64,000 nt of DNA from Octopus vulgaris (taxonomy: Eukaryota): contig OX597815.1 in the NCBI GenBank assembly GCA_951406725.2, forward strand, positions 163,246,001-163,310,000. The letters run 5' to 3'. Under the pieces are notes generated by a model that saw only the letters and a program-made list of their open reading frames with translations, made no database searches and was not told where the DNA came from. Positions 24,996 to 36,901 of the stretch are shown here, piece after piece. Within the stretch, counting starts at the first letter, position 1. The number at the start of each line of letters is the position of its first letter. A program made the translations under genes and the position numbers.

Positions 24996-25635
24996 AGGCG
25001 CACCAGGCAATTGGGAAAGACGTCCTCCCTTCCACCCCACCCCACCCCCACTTTCTCGCAATTTTTCTTTTTTTTTTTTTTTTTGCCAAAAACCCCTGTT
25101 TTCGGATACGGAGATTCCAAAAAATTGCCAAAAATCGGCATTTTGAAATTTCTTACCCCCACCCAATTTCTTCATTTTTCACTTCCCCCCCCCCCCTAAA
25201 ACTCCAACTAACCCTAAAACCCCACTCTTAAACCTAAAAACTCTAACCATAACCCAAAAACCCTAATCCTAAACCTAACCCTAAAATCCTAACCTTAACT
25301 CTAAAACCCTAACCCTAAAACCCAAACCCTAACCCTAACTAGAAAAATTTGGGGAAATTTTTTTCAGAATCTCCGTATTTCCCCGCATATTTTGAAGAAA
25401 AAAAAAGAAAAAAAAAGAAAAGAATTCTGATAAAGTTAAAAATAAAGAAATTGGGGGAGGGAGGGGTAATTTCAAAATGCCGATTTTTGCCAATTTTTTT
25501 GCAGATTCGTGTTCACCGTAGCCGAAAACGGGGTTTTCCATAGAAAAAAAAATTAAATGAAAAAAGGAGTGGGGTTTTTTTTTGGGGGGGGGAGTACAGA
25601 AAGAAGTCTTGCCGGCAATTGTTCCGGGAGTCTCA
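24996..25635. mobile_element. Foldback-type element with internal degenerate CCCTAA repeats
   Basis: Inverted arms (gttttcggatacgg...aaaaaattgccaaaaatcggcattttgaaatt / aatttcaaaatgccgatttttgccaattttt...ccgtagccgaaaac). The core at 25194-25340 is made of ccctaa/ccctaaaa units. Confidence 0.65.
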
Positions 25636-25969
25636 TGGGTCTAGGGTCCCAAGTCTCATCTATGTATATTGTGGCTTCCTCTCAATTGATTTGCCCCGGG
25701 CTGGGGGTCTATAATGTCCGCATATTTATTTGAATCTGTGTGCGAGGGTGTTTAAATTTGTATATGCGTGAGTGGGTGTGTTTGAGATTTTATTTGTGTT
25801 TGTGAGTTGGTTATAGTTGTATAAGCACTGTTTTTAGGATTATGTATGCATGCGCGCGTGCGTGTTCGTATTTGTATATACGGACTCAAAAGCGAAGTAT
25901 TCAGCAGAAATAAACTTTAAAAAGAGACCTATTATTTATCATGTTTCGAAAGTAAATTTAAACAATTTA

Positions 25970-26142
25970 TAGGCGTAGGAGTGGCTGTGTGGTAAGTAGC
26001 TTGCTTACCAACAACATGATTCCGGGTTCAGTCCCACTGCGTGGCATTTTGGGCAAGTGTCTGCTACTATAGCCTCGGGCCGACCAAAGCCTTGTGAGTG
26101 GATTTGGTAGACGGAAACTGAAAGAAGCCCGTCGTATATATA

Positions 26143-26197
<55 letters not shown>

Positions 26198-26408
26198 TTG
26201 TGTGTCTGTGTCTGTCCCCCCAACATCGCTTGACAACCGATGCTAGTGTGTTTACGTCCCAGTAACTTAGCGGTTCGGCAAAAGAGACTGATAGAATAAG
26301 TACTAGGCTTACAAAGAATAAGTCCTGGAGTCGATTGCTCGACTAAAGGCGGTGCTCCAGCATGGCCGCAGTTAAATGACTGAAACAAGTAAAAGAGTTA
26401 AAGAGTAA
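25970..26408 (+). mobile_element. tRNA-derived SINE family A with internal (TA)n(TG)n tract; representative full-length copy
   Basis: Head ggcgtaggagtggctgtgtggtaag (A box) and gggttcagtccc (B-box-like), ttgggcaagtgtct segment, tail aacaagtaaaagagtaaaagag. Other copies at about 1935-2320 (-), 10455-10845 (-), 10853-11262 (-), 14684-15096 (+), 31240-31675 (-), 34476-34615 (-), 35682-36093 (+), 36669-37168 (+), 37420-37922 (-), 38795-39765 (-, split), 39828-40268 (-), 52905-53350 (+). Confidence 0.9.
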
Positions 26409-26610
26409 GCCAAATGTTATTTTCGTTTCAGCTCTCACTATTTTACACAAACGCACGCGCGCGCACACACATACACACACATTAATATTTGGCAGAAGTA
26501 ACAAAGTGACACAAAGTCTGAAAGTTTCGTGCGTTGAGTCTCTCTGTTGCTTCTGCTAAATATTAATAAAAATATACATATACTGATATTTTGAGTTCTG
26601 TTTTACCTTC

Positions 26611-27354
26611 TAGTGGATCTTACAAGCATGAAGTGGATTCGATCCACCATACCCAAATTTAAATGAACAGTTCAACAGAACTTTTCCCACGGTGGAACAT
26701 GGTTTTTCTCTGACAGCAGTTTTACATTCGCCAGATTGGCTTTAGTTAGGCTGAAATAATGTCTTCACCACTTGACCCTTATAATCTCTTCTACTTCATC
26801 AAAAGCTAGAAAAGAGATAACAAAACCACCAACTAAATCTATTGTTCTCAATGATATATCTATCCTTCTGGATAATTATAAAAGCATAAACCCCAAGCAA
26901 AAAGAGTTCAGTCACTTCGGTGAAGACTCAACCAGTAAGTCACTTCAGTGACAGCTCAGTGAGAACGAAGTCTAGCTGACCAGCTAGAGCCTTGGTCAGG
27001 GGGAGAAACGAAGTTTACTGTCAGCAACTGTGAGACAACCTCTCTATAATTACTACTAAACAATGAAGAGAACATAAACACAAACTTTACTTCGCATGCT
27101 TTTGGATTTACCATAACCTGCTCGTCGAGGCAAGGTATTGTAACGTATTGGTAAATAAATATTTCCTTAAAATTTCATGCATTGTTCATTTTTTCACATC
27201 ATACAACTTGCCGGTATAACAAATTTTTATCGTTACAACTGCCGACTCCGACATCTCGTGATATTGTGTACCTAATCAATCTTACCCGTTACAATTGGTA
27301 ACTACACTAAATAAATTCCAACCGTTACACAAAAATGGTATTTCAACTGTTACA
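26611..27354 (+). mobile_element. LTR relic, copy 1
   Basis: Homologous along most of its length to the reverse complement of 30286-31017. AATAAA at about 27154. Ends in repeated (c)cgttaca motifs followed by PBS-like sequence. Confidence 0.6.
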
Positions 27355-27376
27355 ACCTGTTTGCATCACCATACCT

Positions 27377-27430
<54 letters not shown>

Positions 27431-27789
27431 TCTCATATATATATATATATATATAATTATAACAATAATTAAGGGTTTAGCAACAAGTTGCTTCACCACA
27501 TACCGAAAATTTAGAAATAGCAGCCGAAAGACCGTTATTTCTTTTCACTACAAAATATGACCCCACAGAAAACAATATCTGTAACTCACATAGGCAAAAA
27601 GAAGGAAAATAATGAAATCAAACAGTCTTCGATTAATTATGGACGCGTTTCTGGATTAGAATTATAAAAATTCATTTCCTTTGTCAACATAATATTTCGT
27701 AAATAATAATTTTTTCGTAAAAAATAATAATTGTTTACCCTATATCTTATAATGATTATATATGTTAGCCACTACACAGATTTTTTTTT

Positions 27790-27927
27790 CTCTCCATGTT
27801 TTTTCTGTAGAAGAGCGTAGGCTCGAAACGTAAAAGACTTTTTTCTATTCCCGAGCGTTATACTAATACATCTGTTTGTTTTGTACATCACCTGTCTCCG
27901 TCTTTTGTTTTTTTCGTAAACTCTCCC
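27790..27927 (+). mobile_element. Penelope-like terminal fragment with hammerhead-like ctgtagaagagc-gtag-gctcgaaacgt; related copies at about 21160-21335 and 30090-30240
   Basis: Stem II gagc/gctc between a CTGNAGA-like core and GAAAC. Shared downstream ...ctaataca.ctgtttgtt...tcttttgtttt sequence, followed by (TA)n. Confidence 0.55.
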
Positions 27928-27935
27928 TATATATA

Positions 27936-28014
<79 letters not shown>

Positions 28015-28020
28015 TATATA

Positions 28021-28074
<54 letters not shown>

Positions 28075-29990
28075 CACACATTTAATCACACACACTTACA
28101 GACACACATGCACATACACACACACACATACACACACGCATACATACTTACACACACACACACACAGACATACATACACACATACACACACACATACATA
28201 CGCACATACATACACACACACTTACACACACACACCGCACGTATACCTACACACACACACATGCACACATACATGTACATACATACATACATACCCACAC
28301 ATGCACACCCGTACACTAATGCACACACAACACCTTTTTGCATCCAGCAGCCCCCCTCTTTTCTGTTTCCGTTTGGCGATGGATCCTCGGTTCCCGCGAG
28401 CGGCGTTCGAGGCCTGCGCTCGCGCGCCTTGGCGCGCGCTGGGGCTCGGTCGGCCCCTTTGGGCTTGCGTTGCACTGCTTGTGCGTTGTGTGCGTGAGCG
28501 CGCTTCTGTGTGTGGCTTGCTTCGGATGTGCGCTTGCGTATGTTTGCACATACCCACACACTCGCATGCATCCCTACCCACATACATACACGTAACACAC
28601 ATACACACACACACAACGACACACACACACATACATACATACACACACATACCCACCAGACATACACACACACAGACATACACCCATACTCACACACACA
28701 TACACACGCACACGTACACATACACACACACACACACCCACATACATACATTACACTTGTATACCCCTACACACATACATACACACATATAAACACACAA
28801 TATATACACACACAAGCACACAGCATATATATACACATATACATACACTATATATATACATATACGCGCACACACATGCATGACAAACACTCATACACTC
28901 ACACTCATATATATATACACACATACAACACACGTATATATACACACACACACACACAAACATAGGACACACCCAGACATACATACATACACCTATATAC
29001 ACACGCCACACACCTACATACACACACATACACACGCCCACACAGCACATACACACACATACATACACACATACAGGACACCCATACATACTTACATACA
29101 TACACCTATACACACACGCCTACACACTACACACACACATCACACACACACATGTACGCACATACACACACATATAGCACACACATATATACCCACACAC
29201 ATCACACACACACATACACATACATGCACGCATGCACGCGACACCTACACGCGTACACACACACACACGCACGTACACATACATACATACACACACGCAT
29301 ACATACACCCATACACATATGCATACCACACACACTACACCATACTCACACACCTGTATGTTCGCGCACACACATGCACATACACTTCCCCACACCCACA
29401 CGCATACATACACACTCATACACACACACACACACACGGACATACATCTATGCACACACATATATACACACATACTCACATACATTCATACACATAGACA
29501 TCACACAGACACACTATCCACACGCACACATATACGCGCACACTGCAGGCTATTTGGCCGGTTCGCGCATATGCATATATATCTCCGCGGACCACTATTC
29601 CTCCGCTGATCCTTTTCAACCCCCTTTTTTTCGTTACACACACGCGCACACATACACACTTGTAAACATATACTCACTCTTACACACATTCAATCTACTC
29701 GCCACTAATACTACCACGACACTGGACACACACACACACTACCACTCAACACACGCTGGCACGCTACATACGCCCCCACCCCTTCCCTCCCCCTTCCTCC
29801 TTCCTCCTTTTCTCACTACTGACCTTTGTCTGCTATGCTGCTGCTATGCGACCACCGTCTCGCCTACCTCACACGCCTACACACAGACCACACACTAACA
29901 CATACATATATTTTTTGTTTTTTTACCTCGCCTCACACACACAATACACACACACGCACACTCACACATACACACACATCTGTTGCGTTA
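27928..29990. repeat. (TA)n followed by about 1.9 kb of degenerate CA/CATA-rich simple repeat
   Basis: Direct inspection; source of many spurious H/T/Y and C/V/M ORFs. Confidence 0.9.
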
Positions 29991-30235
29991 CCAACCTTGT
30001 CTCCACTAAAAACCCACTTTGCTCTTGTTATGAAACATCCGCCTTTCACCATGTGCTTCTGCTCACCGCCGTTTTTCTCTATCTCCGTTGCCGCTCGGGA
30101 TCTTTCTTTCCTCTCTCTTCCTTCTTTATGTTTCCGACGGAGCTACGTCATACCTTCCTCTTCCATTCTGAGCGCCTATTAATAATAATACTGTAATTGT
30201 TCCCTTGTTGTTGTTTTTTGTTTCCCGTTTGGATT

Positions 30236-30285
<50 letters not shown>

Positions 30286-30286
<1 letters not shown>

Positions 30287-31012
30287 GTAACGGCTAGTTC
30301 TTCGTTGCAGTCGAGGGTCACCAATTGTAACGGTTGTTGTTAAAGTGTTGGTTGTCAGTATGCAAGATGGAAGAAGAACAGTAATTGAAATTGTAAAGAT
30401 ATATTTATTTACCGTTACTTTGTATATATCGAAAACCATGACGGGTTGGTATGTATAACTAGTAAATGGAAAAACATGCGAGGTAAAAAAGAGTTAATTT
30501 CTGCCGATATGTATGTACACGATCTCATAGTAGTATATATAGAGAGATATGGTAATGTTACAGAGAAAAGGAAGTGAGTTAGTGAAAGTGTGAATTGTGG
30601 GACGAAACAACTGCTTCGTTAGTGAGTTACGATGGTAGTCCCATGGTGCCCTTTCTTTTAGAGACGGCGTTTTGTTCAGCCGGTTAACCAAACTCGGTTC
30701 TCACTAACTGACTTTGGCTTACGGAGTTCTTGTTTTTATAACTATCCAAAACCAGTCAGAAGGATAGACATATTGTTGAGAACAATAGATTTCGTTAGCG
30801 GTCTGTTATCTCTATTCTAGCTTTTGGTGGCCTAGAAGAGGTTAGAAGGGTCAAGTGGTAAAGACATAATTCTACATAGCGAAGGCATCTGGCAAATGTA
30901 ACTGCTGTCACTTACAGAAAAACTATTGTTTTACCGCGAGAAAAGTGCTGTTGAACTGTTAAGTGAAATTTGGCTACGGAGAATCGAATCCACGCCATGC
31001 CTGCATGAACAA

Positions 31013-31017
<5 letters not shown>
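30286..31017 (-). mobile_element. LTR relic, copy 2 (TGTA...TACA termini, Gypsy-like PBS)
   Basis: Minus strand begins tgtagttgttc and ends ccgttaca. An earlier ccgttaca (30326-30333) is followed by attggtgaccctcgac, resembling Gypsy PBSs. Confidence 0.65.
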
Positions 31018-31059
<42 letters not shown>

Positions 31060-31179
31060 CACAAATCTACATTTTGAAAGTACTATTAATACATTCAAAT
31101 GACATAAAGAATGTATCTTATCTGACGAAGCAGAAACTTTAGGAAAAAGGCTACGTTATAAAAATTCAAATGATTATAT

Positions 31180-31239
<60 letters not shown>

Positions 31240-31719
31240 CGTTTACTTGTTTCAAAGATTGGATTGCGGCTATGCTGGGACACCACCATAAAAGTTTAGT
31301 CTAACAGGCGAAACCCAGTACTTATTTTTAAAGTCTACCACTTATTCTATCGGTCTCTTAAACCGAACCGCTAAGTTGCAGGTGTTACAAGGACGTAACA
31401 AGCGGGTGGGTGGAGACAAAAATGACGACACGCATAGATATATGCAAGGACACATGCATAGATATATACAGATATATGTATAAATGAATATCTGTGTGTG
31501 CGTGTGTGTGTGTTTGTGTGTGTGTTATACCAACCTCTTTTAGTTGCCAGCTACTAAGTCCACTGAGAAGGTTTGGTCGGCCTGGGGCTATAAAAGTGCC
31601 CAAGGTACCGTGCAGTTGGGCTGGACCTAAAACCCCATAGTTGGGAACAAGTTTCTCTAACACGCACCCATCGCGACCGCTTTTCTCGCTCCACCTCTCT
31701 CTCTCTCTCTCTCGCCTTC

Positions 31720-31786
<67 letters not shown>

Positions 31787-31892
31787 GTCTGTCTGTCTGT
31801 CTGTCTGTCTGTATGTATGTATGTATACACGCACACACGCACCCACGCACGCACACACACACACACATACACACACACACACATAATACACA

Positions 31893-33511
31893 CAGAGGTT
31901 GTCCTGAAATTAAGGCATCCGAAGTTTCGGGCCTTAATAACTATCAAAAAGCGTGTTAAGATATGAAAAGTATGCATAACTATGAAAGCTTAGTGTGTCT
32001 ACTTTTGGTTTCAGACTAAATAAATTCAGATTTATAAATTAGATAATTGCTATAGACCGAAATGCAATTATAACCCTCCACAAAGGAGGCAAAAGTAATA
32101 CAGCTACAGCAAAAAAGTTTTAAATTAACTGAACAACAGACTGGAAAATTGCCAAGAAATTTCAAGAGACTGGTTCCATCACTGATCGACCTTGACGTGA
32201 CCGAAAAAGAACTGAGCGGGGCCCTCAAGCTAATCAAAAGTACAAGAGAAAAGATACGGTGAAATCCTTGTCGTTCCGTCAGAAAACTGGCTTCCACAGC
32301 CAAAATAAACCGAATACCAATGTATCTAGTGCTGAAAGTTTTATTTCAAAGCCCTTACCAGAAATGGTATCAACTGACGTACGAAGCACATAGTCAACGA
32401 TAATGAGGAAGAGAAATGGGGCGAGTGTGTCTCCCTGCAGTATTCCGGCTTTGATTGAGAAATATGATGTTTCCCCATATATGGGAAATTACCACCTGTA
32501 TCATCTCTTGCGAAAGGTAGAAGAGTCCAGTTTGCTGGACATTGTTGTAGAGCTGAAAACGAGGTAATTTCCACTCTTCTCCTATGGAAGCCATCGCCTC
32601 GCGATACCAGAGGGCGTACGCTCTCCTACCCTGATGTAATCGCCAGGGATACAGGCATCCAGCAACAGGACCTCCGTAATTCTATGATGAACTGTGAAGT
32701 CTGGCGTAACATAGTAAATTCCATTGTCTCGACCACGATCGAACAATGATGATGAGTGCTGAAGGAAAATCTCAGGACCCATCCCTACAAGATGATCCGT
32801 CGTCATGAGCTCACAGACGTTTATAAGATCATGAGACTGGAGAGAAGTCTTATTTTGCGTCAGATTGCTGAAGGCATGCTGCCCAACCTGCTGTTCACTG
32901 ATGAAAAGAAATTTGGCATCGAACAGACAGTAAACCACCAGAATGGAGTGTATCTGGTACCGTCATGGGTAGACTCGTAAGTCGACGTCAAAATCGATAC
33001 ATTCGTGATACATTAGCGACATTCTGGAAGCTGAACTGCTTCCATAGGCGAATGAGAACTTTCGAGGCACCCCTTGGTTCCTCCAACAGGGCTCAGCACC
33101 ATCCCACAGCTTCAAACAGACACAACACTAGGCTCAGAAAAACATTCTGTCGTTCATAGGCAAGGATGTATGAACCTCAAGAAGCTCCGTTCGCAACCCG
33201 TTGGATTTTCCTGTTTCGTCCGTTTTGCAGACGAGGGTTTCGAGCACTCCGCATGCTTAGCACGACGCTCTGAAGATAAAACTGCATCAGGAATGGGCTT
33301 CGATTCTGCAAGATCAGCTGCGTGCCGCGCGCGAAGCATTCGCACCTAGACTTAAGGCTGTGATTCGGAGAGTGGTGGTCATATGGAATGAATGTGGTAG
33401 TGTCATAATTGTTCCCTTTACCATTTCTTTACACACGGACCCGAAATATAACAATATTTTACTTTGGGAAATTGAAAAAAGTTAGTTGCCTTAATTTTGG
33501 GACAACGTGTG
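31893..33511 (+). mobile_element. Decayed maT (DD37D) Tc1/mariner transposon
   Basis: TIRs gttgtcctgaaattaaggca / tgccttaattttgggacaac. Transposase remnants LLFTDEKKFGIEQTVNHQN and QQ(G)SAPSH...NPLDF, with 37 residues between the second and third catalytic positions. Confidence 0.85.
32337..32754 (+). mobile_element. RTE-type LINE insertion with 5' inversion, inside the maT element
   Basis: TSD agtgctgaa at 32328-32336 and 32755-32763. 32337-32478 encodes RT on the minus strand (GETSYFSIKAGILQGDTLAPFLFLIIVDYVL). 32477-32749 encodes the C-terminus on the plus strand (IYGKLPPVSS...RRVQFAGHCCR...LLLWKP...EVWR...EQ*), followed by a TGA-repeat tail. Confidence 0.88.
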
Positions 33512-33562
33512 TGTGTGTGTACATGGCGCAATAGGTAAATTGTGAATAATGAATTTTAGGAC

Positions 33563-33952
33563 TTATAAACCTAATATTTTCCTACCCTTCCTTAATACTG
33601 GTTCCCATATGCTGTTCATATCTGCACACGGTCTGCTCAGGAGGTTGTTGTGTCCTAGCAAATGTGCTGCTTCTTTTAGTTTTCGTATTTTACAGTGGTG
33701 TTCTCTGTCTATTATTTTAACTTCATCCTACAGGAGGAGGTGATCTTCATTTTTGCATACACGATCAGCTATACCCGATTTATCAATATCTCCCCGTGCC
33801 ACAGCTTTGCGAGCTTCCTCTACCCTTATTGTGAGTGGGTGGCATGTTTCGCCTTTTTATAACCTACCACAGCTGCATGGGATGCAGTATACGCAGTCTT
33901 TGGTCATATTCTCTTCTATTGGTGGTTTTACTCGAAGGAGATATTTGCGAAG
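33563..33952 (-). mobile_element. Penelope-like element, GIY-YIG endonuclease domain (pseudogenised)
   Basis: Translates LRKYLLRVKPPIEENMTKDCVYCIPCSCGRL*KGETCHPLTIRVEEARKAVARGDIDKSGIADRV...L*DEVKIIDREHHCKIRKLKEAAHL...NSIWEPVL, matching the Penelope VYxIPCxCG..YxGET...RxxEH pattern. Two in-frame stops. Confidence 0.88.
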
Positions 33953-33959
33953 CTGTGAC

Positions 33960-34472
33960 ACACGGCCTCAGACTCAACACAGCGGCCCCACATCAAGTAC
34001 CTTGAAGAGGTGGTGCTGCCCTGGGTGAAGAGAGTGGCTGTTGGAAGACCCTATGTCTGACAAAAGGACACTGCACCATGCCACACTAACAGGAGAACCC
34101 AGTATTGACTGTCAGACAATTTCTGCGACCACATCACCCCTAACATCTGTTCCCCTAACTCCCCAGACCACAATCCCCTTGATTATTATGTGTGGGGTGC
34201 AGCTGAGCGAGAGACCAACAAAACTCCTTGTAACACCAAATATGAAATGAAGGTAAGGATTATGGCAGCATTCAAAAATTTAAACAAGAGAACGTCCAGA
34301 AGAGTTGCAGGAGGTTCCGAAGTCGTCTGGAGGTCATGGTTGAAGCCAATCGTTATTTTGTTGAATGAAATTATTCTTTAGCATTTCAATATATTTTTAT
34401 GTAATTTTGGTAAACATAACAGTGTTATTTTAATTTTTGCGTAATTTGGACGAGTTTATTCACCCCACTCTG
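33960..34472 (+). mobile_element. 3' half of a second maT (DD37D) transposon
   Basis: YV*QKDTAPCH...NSPDHNPLDYYVWG with D-37-D spacing. Right TIR ends ...caccccactctg followed by TA. Confidence 0.85.
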
Positions 34473-34619
34473 TATATTCTTTTATTCTTTTTATTTTATT
34501 TGTTTCAGTCATTTGACTGCGGCCATGCTGGAGCACCACCTTTTGTCGAGCAAATCGACCCTAGGATTTATTCTTTTTAAGCCTAATACTTATTCTATCG
34601 GTCTCTTTTGCTGAATTTG

Positions 34620-35447
34620 CAGTGTTTTTTAACTGTTTCTCGTCTTCTTCCTTCCTTCCTGTATTTTTGTCTGTTTTGAACTTTAAACTTTTTTGTGGCC
34701 TTTTTCTTCGAAAAGAAACATGGCAAAGAAGATAAATAACACTGCGTTGGAGTGGGAAATTGCCCCGCCCAAACAGTGGATGAAAGACTTTGAAGAGAGG
34801 ACGGGGGTGCTGCGAACGTACTCCAAGTCGCTCGACGCCATCTCCCTCTTTAAAAAGAGTGAAATTGAGAAAGAGCTGGCAGAAAAATTTGCCAACTATC
34901 AAATTCATTTCCAGGGGTGTCAAATATGCAACGGTGTGGTTGCTGTTTGACACCCCTGAGGAGGCTCGCATTTTTGCAAGCCAGCCCCTGGAGAGCAATA
35001 AAATTTTGTTTCTTCCCACGTATTGTGGGAGGAAGTTGACAAGAGCTTGGGTCTGTGGGTTACCATCCGGGATAAAACCCGAGTGGATAGAGGAAACTAT
35101 CCGCCAGGGTCTGGGTGGCAGCGGAGCCAAGCTCCTTAATGTGAATTATTTTCCTGCGGCTGATTGGGTTGGGTCAAAAGCTGTTTTGACCCTTTGGACC
35201 CAATCAGCCAATCTGGTTTTTCCAGATTTTTTTGAAAATGGCCGGGTGCAGGTACCCGATGATTCTTGAGGGTCGCCCCCCCCACTCCAGATGTCATCGG
35301 TGCTGGAGCCTGGCCATATAAAGGAAAACTGTTCCCAGGAACAAAGTAAGGTCCTGGAGCAGTTGAGTGAGACCTCTGTAGAAGAGGGAATGAAGGCGGC
35401 CGATGAGGCAGAGGACTCCTCAAAGAGGGGCCGCAAGAGGAAAAAGG
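34620..35447 (+). mobile_element. 5' UTR and frameshifted ORF1 of an L1/Tx1-like LINE (CCHC knuckle)
   Basis: Pyrimidine-rich leader, ATG at 34720 (MAKKINNTALEW...). Frameshifted continuation ...VWLLFDTPEEA...WVCGLPSGI...ILEGRPP, then a C-x2-C-x4-H-x4-C knuckle (RCHRC..PGHIKENC across a frameshift). Ends abruptly at (TA)n. Confidence 0.65.
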
Positions 35448-35453
35448 TATATA

Positions 35454-35506
<53 letters not shown>

Positions 35507-35508
35507 TT

Positions 35509-35539
<31 letters not shown>

Positions 35540-36114
35540 TTTACAGTGGTTAAATAATCAAAATATTATATATATATATATATATCGTTTCTCTCTCTCT
35601 CTCTATATATATATAATATTTTGATTATTTAACCACTGTATTGTGCATTCTTTAATCGGTATATATATATATATATATACATAGGCGCAGGAGTGGCTGT
35701 GTGGTAAGTAGCTTGCTTACCAACCACATGGTTCCGGGTTCAGTCCCACTGCGTGGCATCGTGGGCAAGTGTCTTCTGCTATAACCCCTGGCCGACCAAT
35801 ACCTTGTGAGTGGATTGGTAGACGGAAACTGAAAGAAGCCTGTCGTATATATGTATATATATATATGTATGTGTGTGTGTATGTTTGTGTGTCTGTGTTT
35901 GTCCCCCTAGCATTGCTTGACAACCGATGCTGGTGTGTTTATGTCCCCGTCACTTAGCGGTTCGGCAAAAGAGACCGATAGAATAAGTACTGGGCTTACA
36001 AAGAATAAGTCCCTGGGTCGATCTGCTCGACTAAAGGCGGTGCTCCAGCATGGCCGCAGTCAAATGACTGAAACAAGTAAAAGAGTAAAGAGTATATATA
36101 TATATATATATATC

Positions 36115-36149
<35 letters not shown>

Positions 36150-36157
36150 TCTCTCTC

Positions 36158-36242
<85 letters not shown>

Positions 36243-36869
36243 CGATTAAAGAATGCACAATACAGTGGGTAAATAATCAAAATATTATATATCCCTTACG
36301 GACGATCATACCCTTTAGTTTCGTCCAAGGTGGGCCAACAGAATGTTTAATAACAACCCGATTATGAGTCCCTGTGCTTTTCAGAGTTGACTGACATGAA
36401 AGAAAAGCAGCTAACTCTGAAGAGTGTAGTTTTATATAATCGAGCTGCTAGCTAACACCTCGTTGAACCTCCATTGCGAAATCGGTTAGCAAGATAGCCC
36501 GTAATGGATATATAATAGGGCACTCTGATTAATATGTGTGTGTGTGTTTGTGTGCATGTATGTAAGTGCGTGTATGTGTGTGAGTTTGTGTGTATAGATA
36601 CGGTGATGCAAATAGGTAGGTAGAACTCAAAACATGAGTATATATATTTCTTATTGTTATTAATCGACAGGCGTGGCTGTATATGGCGGTAAGAAGGTTG
36701 TTTCCCAACCATATAGTTCTGGGTTCAGTCCCACTGCGTGGCACCTTGGGCAAGTGTCTTCTATTATAGCCTTAGGCCAACGAAAGCTTTGTGAGGAGAT
36801 TTAGTCGACGGAAACTAAAAGAAGACCGCCGTATATACATATGTGTATGTGTGTGTGCCCGCACGCCTC

Positions 36870-36901
<32 letters not shown>

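Noticed and set aside
25194-25340. True telomere or chromosome-fusion site
   Set aside because: Repeats are short, degenerate, single-orientation and enclosed by transposon-like inverted arms.
27772-29898. Many 100-250 aa ORFs rich in H/T/Y or C/V/M
   Set aside because: Translations of CA/TA simple repeats, which lack stop codons in several frames; no protein signal.
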